Shown here piece by piece: positions 49,304 to 59,113 of a DNA stretch of 64,000 nt. Position 1 is the first letter of the stretch; every line of letters begins with the position of its first letter. A program made the translations under genes and the position numbers. Source of the DNA: Candidatus Deferrimicrobiaceae bacterium (lineage in GTDB: Bacteria > Desulfobacterota > Deferrimicrobia > Deferrimicrobiales > Deferrimicrobiaceae); the NCBI GenBank assembly GCA_963792415.1, contig CAWBVY010000006.1, positions 858,327 to 922,326 of the forward strand. Direction: 5' to 3'. Under the pieces are notes generated by a model. The model ran no database searches and had not been told where the DNA came from. It saw only the letters and a list, made by a program, of their open reading frames with translations.

Positions 49304-50719
49304 TCAAACGGAAAGGGCGGCGGCGAGCTTTGCCTGGATCCCCCCGAAGCCGCCGTTCGACATGATCAGGATCAGATCCCCGGGACGGCACGTTTCCGAG
49401 AGGCGCGCGACGATCCCGTCCACCTCGGGGATGACCTGCGCGGGGCGCCCGGACGCGCGCAACGCCGCCGCCACCTCCTCCGGGGAAAGGCGCTCTTCGG
49501 GGGGGATCTTCTCCGCCCCGAACACCCCCGCGAGGATCACCTCGTCCGCGCCGGAAAGGGCCGCGGTGAACTCCCTCTGAAAGACCTTCCGGCGGCTGGT
49601 GTTCGACCGGGGCTCGAAGACCGCCACGATCCGCCGGCCCGGGTACCGGTCGCGGACCGCCCGGAGCGTCTCCCGGACCGCCGTCGGGTGGTGCGCGAAG
49701 TCGTCGACCACGAGGACCCCGCGGAACTCCCCGATCCCCTCCTGCCGCCGCCGGATCCCCGCGAACCGCTCGAACGTCCCGGCGATCTCCGCCGGGAGGA
49801 ACCCGAGGCGCATCAGGACGATCGCGACGCCCGCCGCGTTGGCCGCGTTGTGCAGTCCCGGCAGGGGGAAGCGGAAGTCGAGGGAGCGACCCGCCCCCTC
49901 CATGCGGAAGCCGGTCATCCCGCCGGACTCCCCGGTCCCCCGGATCTCCCACGACGTTTCCTCCCGCTCCCCCGGGAGCGCGCCGTCCCGCGTCGCGTAG
50001 AAGATCACCGGGCAGCGGGCCTCCCGCGCCACCGCGACGACGTCCGGGTAGTCGGCGCACGCCACGAGCAGGCCGTCGGGGGGGACGATCGCCGCCAGCC
50101 CGCGGAACGACTCCCGCACGTGGTCAAGATCGCGGTAGATGTCGGCGTGGTCGAACTCGACGCTCGTGAGCAGGACGATCCGGGGCCGGTAGTGGAGGAA
50201 CTTCGGCCCCTTGTCGAAATACGCGGTGTCGTACTCGTCCCCCTCGATCACGAAGTGCCGCCCCTGCCCGAGCCGGTAGCTCACGGGGAAGTTCCTCGGC
50301 ACCCCGCCGACGAGGAACGACGGGTCGGCCCCGAGGTCGAAGAGGGACCAGGCGGCGAGCGACGTGGTCGTCGTCTTCCCGTGCGTCCCCGCCACGACGA
50401 TCGAGTCCCGCTCCCCGATGAAGAAGCGCGCGACCGCCTGGGGCATCGACAGCGTCGGCACGCCGCGCCGCGCCGCCTCCTCCGCCTCCGGGTTCCCCCG
50501 CGGCACCGCGTTCCCCACGACCACCAGATCCGCGTCCCGCGGGATGTTCCCCGCCGCGTACGGCGAGGCGATCCGGATGCCGAGGCTCTCGAGCTGCGTG
50601 CTCATCGGCGGGTAGACGTTCGCGTCGGAGCCGGTGACCCGGTACCCCGCCTCCTTCAGCATCCCCGCGAGGGAAGCCATCCCCACGCCGCACGCCGCGA
50701 CCAGGTGGACGTTCTTCAA
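49304..50719 (-). CDS. mpl: Murein tripeptide ligase Mpl (MurC-like)
   Basis: CGVGMASLA, GSDANVYPPMS, GTHGKTTT, EGDEYDTAYFDK, EFDHADIY, DDFAHHPTA, FEPRSNT; TTG start overlaps the upstream stop. Confidence 0.92.
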   Translation of the reverse strand: MKNVHLVAACGVGMASLAGMLKEAGYRVTGSDANVYPPMSTQLESLGIRIASPYAAGNIPRDADLVVVGNAVPRGNPEAEEAARRGVPTLSMPQAVARFFIGERDSIVVAGTHGKTTTTSLAAWSLFDLGADPSFLVGGVPRNFPVSYRLGQGRHFVIEGDEYDTAYFDKGPKFLHYRPRIVLLTSVEFDHADIYRDLDHVRESFRGLAAIVPPDGLLVACADYPDVVAVAREARCPVIFYATRDGALPGEREETSWEIRGTGESGGMTGFRMEGAGRSLDFRFPLPGLHNAANAAGVAIVLMRLGFLPAEIAGTFERFAGIRRRQEGIGEFRGVLVVDDFAHHPTAVRETLRAVRDRYPGRRIVAVFEPRSNTSRRKVFQREFTAALSGADEVILAGVFGAEKIPPEERLSPEEVAAALRASGRPAQVIPEVDGIVARLSETCRPGDLILIMSNGGFGGIQAKLAAALSV

Positions 50720-51867
50720 CCGGCGACCCCCTTCCAGACGGCGTCGTGGATCCGGGGGCGAAGCGCCGACAGCTTCCGGTTGTCGCTCCCGAACACCACG
50801 CGGTTGGTCAGCAGGATCACCGAGATCCCCCGGACCGGATCGATCCACAGGGAGCAGCCGGTGTAGCCGAGGTGCCCCACGGCGTCGGCCGGAGCCAAGG
50901 CCCCGGCCTGTGAATACGGCGTTGCTCCCGGGAAGTCCCCACCTGGCGACGAATGCGGCGGCGTGGGGGTGTCGAACCCCAGCGTCCTCGGGCACCCCGG
51001 CGGCCGCGCGACCCGCGTGGACATCGCCACGGCGGAAGAGCGGGTCAGCACGCGCCCCTCCCCCTTGCGGGCCCTCACGATCTCCCGGGCGAACCGGAAC
51101 AGGTCCGCCGCGGTGGAGAAGAGCCCCGCGTGCCCGGACACGCCGCCCATCGCCGCCGCGTTCTCGTCGTCCACCTCGCCGACCTTCTCGCGCCCCCGAA
51201 CCTCCGACCACCCGGTCGGGATCAGCCGCCCCGTTTCGCACTCGCTCATCGCGGCAAGGGGAAGGTACCGGGTCTCCCGCATCCCGAGCGGGCCGGTGAC
51301 GATCGAAGAGAGCAGCCGGTCGAGCGAACGGAACCCGGCCACCTCGATCGCACGGCCGAGCAGCATGAACCCGAGGTCGCTGTATTCCCAGCCGGCCCCC
51401 GGGTCGGTCGACAGCGGGAGGGAGAGGACCTCGGCGAGAATCCGGTCGTGCCCCTGCGCCGTGCCGGACAGCGGCCTTCCTTCCGCCGTTTCCGCCGCCA
51501 CCTTCTCGTACAGGGGGAGCCAGGCGGGAAGCCCGGAGGTGTGGGAAAGGAGGTGCGCGAACCGGATCGCCCGGACCCTCGGGTCGGGCGACGTGAACGG
51601 GAGGACCTCCGCGGCGATGCCGTCGGGGGAAAGGTGCCCCTCCTGCGACAGGACGAGGAAGAGGGCGGCCGCGATCGGCTTGGTGAGGGAGGCGATGTCG
51701 AACAGCGACGCCGCCCTGGCGTACCCGGCGGACCGCTCGAGGAGGACCTCGTCGTCGCGCGAGACCAGGAGGACCGCGGCGGCGTACGCCCCCTCGCCGA
51801 CCCCCGCGTCGAGGAGGTCCGCTGCCTCCCGGAAGCCTGGATTCTCTCCCGCGGCGGCGGCCGTCAC
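50716..51867 (-). CDS. Serine hydrolase, beta-lactamase/AmiE-like family
   Basis: FDIASLTK (SxxK), LLSHTSGL, YSDLGF, GHAGLFS, GHLGYTG. Confidence 0.9.
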   Translation of the reverse strand: MTAAAAGENPGFREAADLLDAGVGEGAYAAAVLLVSRDDEVLLERSAGYARAASLFDIASLTKPIAAALFLVLSQEGHLSPDGIAAEVLPFTSPDPRVRAIRFAHLLSHTSGLPAWLPLYEKVAAETAEGRPLSGTAQGHDRILAEVLSLPLSTDPGAGWEYSDLGFMLLGRAIEVAGFRSLDRLLSSIVTGPLGMRETRYLPLAAMSECETGRLIPTGWSEVRGREKVGEVDDENAAAMGGVSGHAGLFSTAADLFRFAREIVRARKGEGRVLTRSSAVAMSTRVARPPGCPRTLGFDTPTPPHSSPGGDFPGATPYSQAGALAPADAVGHLGYTGCSLWIDPVRGISVILLTNRVVFGSDNRKLSALRPRIHDAVWKGVAG

Positions 51868-52778
51868 CCCGCCTCCACAGCGGATTCCAGGAGGAAGAGG
51901 CGGCCCTTCGCGTCGATCCGCGCCCGCACCCCGAACGGAAGGGCGACGTTCTTCCCCGAATGGCCGGCGGGAAAACCGTACCGGACGGGGACGGAGAGCC
52001 GCTTCCCGGCATCGTGAAAGACGCGCCGGAGTTCCTCGACCGACTCGCCGCGCGCCGGCACCATCGTTCCCACCACGATCCCGGCGATCTTCGAGAGGCG
52101 CCCGGACTGGACCCACTGCGTCAGCATCCGGTCGATCCGGTAGGCGGGCTCCCCCACGTCTTCGAGAAAGAGCAACGCCCCGCGGAAATCGGGCTCGTGC
52201 GGCGTCCCGAGGAGCGCCGTGAGCACGGAGAGGCACCCGCCGGCAAGCACCCCTTCCGCCGCGCCGCCGCGGATCCGCTCCGTCGGCTCCCCCCACGGCT
52301 CCCGCGGGGAGACCTCCCCCGCCGCGAGGCGGGCGAAGGCGTCGAGCGCCCCGGCGTCGAACCGCAGGGCGAGGTCGGCCGCCGCCATCGGCCCGTGAAG
52401 GCAGGGAAAGCCGAGACGCGTGGAGAGGTACGAGAGGACCGCGGTCATGTCGCTGAAGCCGACGATCAGCTTCCGTCGCCGGACCGCTTTCCTCCAGTCG
52501 ATGCGCGGAAGGATGCGCGTCGTTCCGTAGCCCCCGCGCGCCGCCATCACCGCCCTGGCCTCGGGGAGGGTCAGCGCCCATTCGACCTGCCGCGCCCGGT
52601 GCGCGTCGCCCCCGGCGAGGTACCCCTCGGCCGCGAGCACGCCGTCGGCGATCTCGGGAACGAACCCCGCCGCGGACAGGCGGGCGATCCCCCGGGCAAG
52701 CCGGACCGCGTCGACCGGGCCCGCGGGGGCGAAGACGGCGATGACGTCCCCTTTCCGCAGTGGCAACGGCTTACGCAT
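51864..52778 (-). CDS. ldcA: S66 family LD-carboxypeptidase
   Basis: ARGGYG, GFSD nucleophile, HGPM, LFLEDVGE, PAGH. Confidence 0.92.
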   Translation of the reverse strand: MRKPLPLRKGDVIAVFAPAGPVDAVRLARGIARLSAAGFVPEIADGVLAAEGYLAGGDAHRARQVEWALTLPEARAVMAARGGYGTTRILPRIDWRKAVRRRKLIVGFSDMTAVLSYLSTRLGFPCLHGPMAAADLALRFDAGALDAFARLAAGEVSPREPWGEPTERIRGGAAEGVLAGGCLSVLTALLGTPHEPDFRGALLFLEDVGEPAYRIDRMLTQWVQSGRLSKIAGIVVGTMVPARGESVEELRRVFHDAGKRLSVPVRYGFPAGHSGKNVALPFGVRARIDAKGRLFLLESAVEAG

Positions 52779-53511
52779 CGTTCCTCCGGGCGGGGAAGAG
52801 GTACAGGAGATTCGCGGCGGTGAAAAGGAGCGAGGCGACGAGGATCGCGGTCGCCCCGGGGTCGCGGTTCGCGTCGAAGACGGCGTAGGTGGCTCCCCAC
52901 GGCGTGGTCCCGAAGTTCTTGATGTAGATCCCGTACCCCTCGTGGAAGAGCGGCTCGTTCGTCCGCACGACGCCGCGCGCCACCGGGGTCCTGTCGCGGA
53001 ACAGCGTGACCGTCGCGGAGAAATCTTTCGGGCTCCCCTCGGGCGCCATCATCGCGTCGAACCGGTCCAAACGCATCGCCCACCCCGTGCCGCCCACCAA
53101 TGCGACCCCCCCTTGCGGGATCGCGATGCCGGGGATCCGGTCGCCGTACACCGCGCTCACGAGGTGGGACAGGACGACGCCGAGGAAGGCGAGGTGCATC
53201 ACGTGCGGCAGGAGGCGGTGCAACGTGAGCGTCCCCCGGAAGATCTGCACCAGTCGCTCGAACGTGCAGCACGCCGCGTTCACCGCGAGCAGGGCCGTGG
53301 CGAGCAACACCCCGTACAGCCACGACGTCGGCGCCGGATCGGCGAACCCCTTGCGGGCGAACCACCCCGCGAAGACCTGCGCGTCCATGTCGCCGAACAG
53401 TCCCGGGTATCTCCCCATCACCACGGAGCCGACGGCCCCGGCGACGCAAAAGGCGAGCCCCGCCCACGCGCACGTCTTCAAGGAGGTGAGAACGCGCCAG
53501 ATCGCCTTCAT
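52771..53511 (-). CDS. Short ResB/Ccs1-like cytochrome c biogenesis protein
   Basis: TM segments, VNAACCT, PHVMHLAF His, NEPL, DPG before the final TM; adjacent to ccsA. Confidence 0.7.
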   Translation of the reverse strand: MKAIWRVLTSLKTCAWAGLAFCVAGAVGSVVMGRYPGLFGDMDAQVFAGWFARKGFADPAPTSWLYGVLLATALLAVNAACCTFERLVQIFRGTLTLHRLLPHVMHLAFLGVVLSHLVSAVYGDRIPGIAIPQGGVALVGGTGWAMRLDRFDAMMAPEGSPKDFSATVTLFRDRTPVARGVVRTNEPLFHEGYGIYIKNFGTTPWGATYAVFDANRDPGATAILVASLLFTAANLLYLFPARRNDA

Positions 53512-53524
53512 CCGGGGACGCCCA

Positions 53525-54298
53525 TCAGAAGGAGTGGGAGCTGCGCAGCAGCAGGCTCACGCCGAGGAAGGTGAAGAGGACGACAACGTACCCCGCCGCG
53601 GTGGCGCCCATCTCGAGCCGCTTCGTCCACCCGGGCCACCTCTCCTGCTCGGGGAGGAACTTGAGGTGCGTCAGCGTAGCGAAGTAGATCCAGACGATCA
53701 CCGACCAGATCTCCTTCGGGGTCCAGATCCAGTACGATCCCCACGCATAGTACGCCCAGATCCCCCCGCACACCATCCCCGCCGAGAAGGCCGAGAACCC
53801 GTAAAGCGCGGATCGTCCCGCCGCCCGGTAGACCTCGTCGCCGCCGTCCCGCAGGTAGACGATCCCCAGCGCGAGCCCCGCGGCGAAGAAGCCGTACCCG
53901 AGGAAGGAAAGGCCGACATGGGAGGCGAACCACGGCGTGTCGAGCGCGGGATACGGGGGGGTCATCCGCTTGTCGAGCAGCGCCGCCCCGATCTGGGGAA
54001 GCAGTACGAGAATCGAGAGCGGTCTCCATGCCGGATCCGTTTCACCGGTGCCGCAGAGAATCAGCCCCGCGAACGCGCAACAGAAGGAGAAGACGGTGAG
54101 CGATTCGAACAGCCCCGCCATCGGCGCGTGCCCCGAGAGACCCCACCGCACCCCGAGGAACGCGGCGTGCAGAAGGACGCCGGCGAACACCGGGCTCCTC
54201 CACGCGGACGAAGGGGCGACGCCCGCGAGGCGGAACCCGGCCTCCGCGCCGTACGCCGCCAGCGCGAGCCAGAACAGGATGATATGAGCGCCTTCCAA
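53525..54298 (-). CDS. ccsA: Cytochrome c biogenesis protein CcsA/ResC
   Basis: GHAPMAGLFES, PALDTPWFASHV, WGSYWIWTPKE (WWD variant), C-terminal HSF. Confidence 0.88.
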   Translation of the reverse strand: MEGAHIILFWLALAAYGAEAGFRLAGVAPSSAWRSPVFAGVLLHAAFLGVRWGLSGHAPMAGLFESLTVFSFCCAFAGLILCGTGETDPAWRPLSILVLLPQIGAALLDKRMTPPYPALDTPWFASHVGLSFLGYGFFAAGLALGIVYLRDGGDEVYRAAGRSALYGFSAFSAGMVCGGIWAYYAWGSYWIWTPKEIWSVIVWIYFATLTHLKFLPEQERWPGWTKRLEMGATAAGYVVVLFTFLGVSLLLRSSHSF

Positions 54299-54393
54299 GG
54301 GGGGGTCGTGCGCCTCCGTGCCGGGGAATCGGAAACCATGCTACCACGATCCGATTATAATGAAGCCGCGCGGTCCCGCGGAAAGGAAGGAGT

Positions 54394-56805
54394 GTGCCGT
54401 TGTACGCATCGCCCTGGGAAGCCGCCCTGTCGGCACTGGAATGGGGGAAGATCACGGCCCGGCTCTCGGCCCACGCCTCCTCGGAGCCGGGGCGCGCCCT
54501 GTGCGCGGCGCTCTCCCCCGGAACCGACCTCGACGCCATCCGCGCGTCGCTCGAGGAGAACCGGGACGGCCGGCGGATGCTTCTGCAAGACGGCGCCCTT
54601 CCGCTGGACGAGGTGAGGGAGATCCGCGAAGAGGTGGGGAAGGCGGCCAAGGGCGTCTCCCTCTCCCCGACGGAACTGCTCCGGATCGGGAAGACGGCGC
54701 GCGTCGGGGAGCGGGTCCGCCGCTTCTTCGAGGACCGGCGCGGAAAGTACCCGCGGCTGGCCCACCACGCGAACGGGATCCCGCCGCTGCGCGACCTCGC
54801 CGAGGCGATCGAGCAGGCGATCGACGCCGGCGGGGGCGTGCTGGACCGGGCCTCCGAGGCGCTGGGACCCCTGCGGCGCCAGCTCCTGAAGATGCGCTCC
54901 CGGCTTCAGGAGACGGCGGACGGAATCCTCTCCTCGCCGCGCTACGCCCGCCACGTCCAGGAGACGTACGCCACCGTCCGGTCGGGCCGTGTCGTGATCC
55001 CCTTCAAGACGAGCGCGAAGGGGCTCTTCCAGGGGATCGTCCACGACTCTTCGCAAAGCGGCCAGACGGTCTTCTTCGAGCCGGAGGAACTCGTCCACCT
55101 CAACAACGAGGTGAAGATGGCCGAGCTCGAGGTGGAACGGGAGGTGGCGCGGATCCTCGCCGAGCTTTCCGGCCGGGTCGCGCGAAAGGAGGAGGAGCTG
55201 CTTCACGCACTCTCCCTCCTCGCCCGGATCGACGCGATCCAGGCGCGCTCCCTGCTGGCGGACGAGCTCTCGGCCTCCGAGCCGACGGTGACCGAAGCCG
55301 GGGAGACGAACCTCCGGTCCGCCCTCCACCCGCTGCTGGTGCTGAGCGGGCGCCCGGTGGTCCCGAACGATCTGCGCCTGGGCCGCCCGTACCTGTGCCT
55401 GATCCTCACCGGCCCCAACGCGGGCGGGAAGACCGTCGCGCTGAAAACCCTCGGGCTGCTCACGCTGATGGCGATGGCGGGGATGTCGGTCCCCGCCTCC
55501 CCGGATTCGACCGTCTCGATTTTCCACGACCTGTTCGTCGCGGTGGGGGACGAGCAGAGCGTGGAAGGGGACCTGTCCACCTACTCCGCCCACATCCGGC
55601 GGCTGAACGAGATCCTCTCGGGCGCGGACCGCGGCTCGCTGGTGCTCCTCGACGAGGTCGTCTCGGGGACGGACCCGCGCGAGGGGGCGGCGATCGCCCG
55701 CGCCTTCCTCGAAACGCTGGCGGACCGCGAGGTGCGCGTGGTGGCGACGACGCACTTCGAGGAACTGAAGGGGATCGCCTTCACGGATACCCGGTTCGAG
55801 AACGGCTCGATGGCGTTCGACGGGGAACACCTTCGGCCGACGTACCGGCTGTCGCTCGGGGTCCCCGGCCGTTCGATGGGGATGGAGATCGCGCGGTCCC
55901 TCGGGTTCCCGGACGAGGTTCTCGAGCGGGCGAAGGGGTACCTCTCCGGACCCGGCCCGAACCTGCCGGAAGTGATCGACCGGCTCGAGCGGGAGCGCGA
56001 ACGGGTGCGCGGGGAGGCGGCGGAGCTTGCGGGGCGGCGCCGGGAGGCCGAGGAGGCGACGCGGCGGCTCGACGCTTTGCTGGCGAAGACGAAGGCCGAG
56101 GAGTCGCGGGTGGTCTCCGCGGCGCGCCTGAAGATGCGCGAGGAGATCCGGAAAGCCGAAGGGGAACTCGCCCGGGTCACGGAGGAGATGCGGAAGGACC
56201 GGAAGATCGACACGGTGCGGAAGGCCTCCTCGGTGATCCGCGCGTGGAAGGAGAAGGCGCACGCGGCGGAAGAGGACCCCGCCGTCCGGACGCTGATGAG
56301 CCGGTCCGCTCCCCTTGCCCCCGGGGAGACCCTCTTTCCCGGCCGGAAGGTGTTCGTCGCGTCGCTGTCGAAGGAGGCGGAGGTGGCCGCGCCGGCGGCG
56401 GCCGGGGACCGCGAGGTGGAGGTGGCCGCGGGCGGGATGAAGGTCCGTGTCCCGCGCGACCAGGTCCGCGTCTTCCCCCCGCCGGGAGGGGCGCGGGAGC
56501 GCCGGGCGGAGGGCGGGTCGCGGCCGGTGGAGGCGTCCCCGGGGGCGGTGCACCTGCAGACGCCGGAGAATACCCTCGACCTGCGCGGGAGGTACGTGGA
56601 CGACGCGCTCCCCGAGATCGACGCCTTCCTCGACCGGCAGTCGCTGGCGCAGGCGCCCCACGTTTTCCTGATCCACGGGCACGGCACCGGCGCGTTGAAG
56701 ACGGCGGTCCGGCGCCACCTCGCGACGTCCCCCTACGCGAAGCGGTCCCTCCCGGCCCCCCGCGAGCAGGGCGGCGACGGCGTCACGATCGTTCTCCTCG
56801 CCTGA
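54394..56805 (+). CDS. mutS2: Endonuclease MutS2 (ribosome-collision sensor family)
   Basis: GIVHDSSQSGQT, TGPNAGGKT, GDEQS, LLDE..GTDPREG, C-terminal Smr LDLRG..IHGHGTG; TATAAT at 54356-54361. Confidence 0.95.
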   Translation: MPLYASPWEAALSALEWGKITARLSAHASSEPGRALCAALSPGTDLDAIRASLEENRDGRRMLLQDGALPLDEVREIREEVGKAAKGVSLSPTELLRIGKTARVGERVRRFFEDRRGKYPRLAHHANGIPPLRDLAEAIEQAIDAGGGVLDRASEALGPLRRQLLKMRSRLQETADGILSSPRYARHVQETYATVRSGRVVIPFKTSAKGLFQGIVHDSSQSGQTVFFEPEELVHLNNEVKMAELEVEREVARILAELSGRVARKEEELLHALSLLARIDAIQARSLLADELSASEPTVTEAGETNLRSALHPLLVLSGRPVVPNDLRLGRPYLCLILTGPNAGGKTVALKTLGLLTLMAMAGMSVPASPDSTVSIFHDLFVAVGDEQSVEGDLSTYSAHIRRLNEILSGADRGSLVLLDEVVSGTDPREGAAIARAFLETLADREVRVVATTHFEELKGIAFTDTRFENGSMAFDGEHLRPTYRLSLGVPGRSMGMEIARSLGFPDEVLERAKGYLSGPGPNLPEVIDRLERERERVRGEAAELAGRRREAEEATRRLDALLAKTKAEESRVVSAARLKMREEIRKAEGELARVTEEMRKDRKIDTVRKASSVIRAWKEKAHAAEEDPAVRTLMSRSAPLAPGETLFPGRKVFVASLSKEAEVAAPAAAGDREVEVAAGGMKVRVPRDQVRVFPPPGGARERRAEGGSRPVEASPGAVHLQTPENTLDLRGRYVDDALPEIDAFLDRQSLAQAPHVFLIHGHGTGALKTAVRRHLATSPYAKRSLPAPREQGGDGVTIVLLA

Positions 56806-56841
56806 CCGCCGAACCGGGACGTTCCCGGTCGGCGGCAGTCC

Positions 56842-58035
56842 TCAGGGACGCCCCTGTTCCGCGGTGCCGAACCGGCGCCAGGCCGCTTTCACCAGGGACG
56901 GATCGGCAAAGAGGTCGTGCCCGGTCAGGGCGAGCGCCCGGATCCCCTCCATCATCCCTTCGATGCCGGACGGTTTCGTCGTCGCCTCCTCGAAGGCGCG
57001 GGTGTGGATTTCGACGCGGGCGCCCGAGATGATGGGGACGTTCGGCTGCAGCGTGGGGACGACCTGGGAGACGTTTCCGATGTCGGAGGAGCCGCGGTTC
57101 CGGTTCGTCGGGGCCCCGCTCTCCGGAAGTTCGAGCAGCGCCAGCGCCCCCCGGTAGGCGTCGGCCAGGACGGGATTCACCTTCATCGGAGAAAGGGTGT
57201 ACGCCCCCTCCTCCACTTCGAGCCGGCAACGGGAGGCCGTCGCCGCGCCGGCGGCGCACGCCCTCACGCGCGCGACCGCTTCGTGCGTCTCGGCGAGCGT
57301 CTCGCCCCGCACGTAGAAGTACGCCTTCGCCTGCTCGGGGATGATGTTGGGGGCGCGCCCCCCTTCGGTCACGATGCCGTGGACGCGGACGGTGTCCGGG
57401 AGCTGCTGGCGCAGCGCGGAGACGCCGTTGAAGAGGAGGAGGACGCCGTCGAGGGCGTTGATGCCGTGCTCCGGGTACGCCGCCGCGTGCGCCGCCCGGC
57501 CGTGGAAGGTGAAGTGCAGCTTGGCCAGCGCGAGATACCCCTTCGCAACGTGGCGGCGGGAGGACGGGTGGACCATCATCGCCGCGTCGATCCCCCGGAA
57601 AATCCCCTTCTCGACCATCCGGGCCTTGCCGTACCCCGTTTCCTCGGCGGGGGTCCCGAGGGCGATCACCTTCCCCGTCCGGAAGACGCCCCTCCCGAAC
57701 TCCGCCAGGGCCGCGGCGGCGCACGCCGACGCCACCCCCACGATGTTGTGCCCGCACGCGTGCCCCAGCCCGGGCAGCGCGTCCATCTCGCACAGGAACG
57801 CGACGGCGGGCCTCCCTTTCCCGAAGGGGAACTCCGCCCGGAAGGCCGTCTCCATCCCGGCCACGCCGCGCTTCACGCGAAATCCCCGCTCCGAGAGAAA
57901 CGCCGAGAGGGTTTCCGAGGTGCGGGTCTCTTTCAGGGGGAGTTCGGCGTACGACGTGATCTCGCGCAGCATCCGGGCGGCCCGGGGGGCCAGCCGGTCC
58001 GTGATCGTCAGGAGTTTTTTCCTCGCGGATTCCAT
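56842..58035 (-). CDS. M20 family amidohydrolase (ACY1L2/AbgA-like)
   Basis: EMDALPGLGHACGHN, GTPAEE, FHGRAAHAA, GSSDIGNVS. Confidence 0.9.
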   Translation of the reverse strand: MESARKKLLTITDRLAPRAARMLREITSYAELPLKETRTSETLSAFLSERGFRVKRGVAGMETAFRAEFPFGKGRPAVAFLCEMDALPGLGHACGHNIVGVASACAAAALAEFGRGVFRTGKVIALGTPAEETGYGKARMVEKGIFRGIDAAMMVHPSSRRHVAKGYLALAKLHFTFHGRAAHAAAYPEHGINALDGVLLLFNGVSALRQQLPDTVRVHGIVTEGGRAPNIIPEQAKAYFYVRGETLAETHEAVARVRACAAGAATASRCRLEVEEGAYTLSPMKVNPVLADAYRGALALLELPESGAPTNRNRGSSDIGNVSQVVPTLQPNVPIISGARVEIHTRAFEEATTKPSGIEGMMEGIRALALTGHDLFADPSLVKAAWRRFGTAEQGRP

Positions 58036-58170
58036 GGGCGCTCGCGTTTTCCTGCGGAACAGATCCGGATGATACCACAACGGGACGGAGGTCACGGGCT
58101 CCGAAGGGGCTTGCGTTTCCCCCTCCCATCTTCTATCGTTTTCCTACCCCATGTCCCGCTCCCGTACCCA

Positions 58171-59094
58171 ATGACCCGCTGGAAATCGTTCTCCGTCCAG
58201 ACCCGCCGCGAGGCGGTCGACGCCGTCACGCAATTCTTCGTCGCCCACGGTTCCCTCGGGACGGCCCACGACGAGCAACTGCTCGGCGCGGAAGGGGACC
58301 CGGCGGACCCGATCCCCCCGCCGCCGCAGGTGACCCGCCTCACCGCGTATTTCCCCTGGGACACCGACCTCCACGCCCTCAAGCAGGCGTTCCTCGAACT
58401 CCTCCCGGTGATCTCGGAGGCGTTCGGGGCCGGCCCGGAGGCATTCAGCGAGGCCACCGAGATCACCGACACGGGGTGGGCGGAAAAGTGGAAGGAGCAT
58501 TTCCACGCCCGGAAGATCGGACGGAAGATCGTGATCAAGCCCTCCTGGGAGACGATCGAGCCGCGAGGGGGCGAAGTCGTCCTGACGGTCGACCCCGGCC
58601 AGGCGTTCGGAACCGGGACCCACGAGACCACGCGGATGTGCCTGCGGATGATCGAGGACGTGTTCGACCTCTCGCCGGCTCCCCGCGACGTCCTCGATGT
58701 GGGGACGGGGACCGGGATCCTCGGGATCGCCGCGGCGCGGCTCGGGGCGACGCGGGTCCTCGCGGTCGACACCGACCCGGTGGCGGTGGACGTCGCCGCG
58801 AAGAACGCCGAGGGGAACGGCGTGGCGGACGTGTTCCGGGCGGAGACGACTCCCCTGTCCGCGATCCCCCGCGCCTTCGACCTGGTCCTGGGAAACCTGA
58901 TCGCCGAGATCCTGGCGGACATGGCCCCCGACCTCCTGCGGCGCACGAACCCGGGCGGGCACCTCGTTCTCTCCGGCATCCTCGCGGAGAAGAGCGAATG
59001 GGTGGTCGAGGAGTTCGTGAAGAACGGAGCCTCCCTTCTCGCCGAATCCGTCGACGGGCAATGGACGGCCCTCCTCTTCCGCCGGGAGGGGTGA
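58171..59094 (+). CDS. prmA: Ribosomal protein L11 methyltransferase
   Basis: WAEKWKEHF, DPGQAFGTGTHETT, LDVGTGTGIL, LSGIL. Confidence 0.96.
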   Translation: MTRWKSFSVQTRREAVDAVTQFFVAHGSLGTAHDEQLLGAEGDPADPIPPPPQVTRLTAYFPWDTDLHALKQAFLELLPVISEAFGAGPEAFSEATEITDTGWAEKWKEHFHARKIGRKIVIKPSWETIEPRGGEVVLTVDPGQAFGTGTHETTRMCLRMIEDVFDLSPAPRDVLDVGTGTGILGIAAARLGATRVLAVDTDPVAVDVAAKNAEGNGVADVFRAETTPLSAIPRAFDLVLGNLIAEILADMAPDLLRRTNPGGHLVLSGILAEKSEWVVEEFVKNGASLLAESVDGQWTALLFRREG

Positions 59095-59113
59095 GCAGGA
59101 TCGGGGGAACGCG

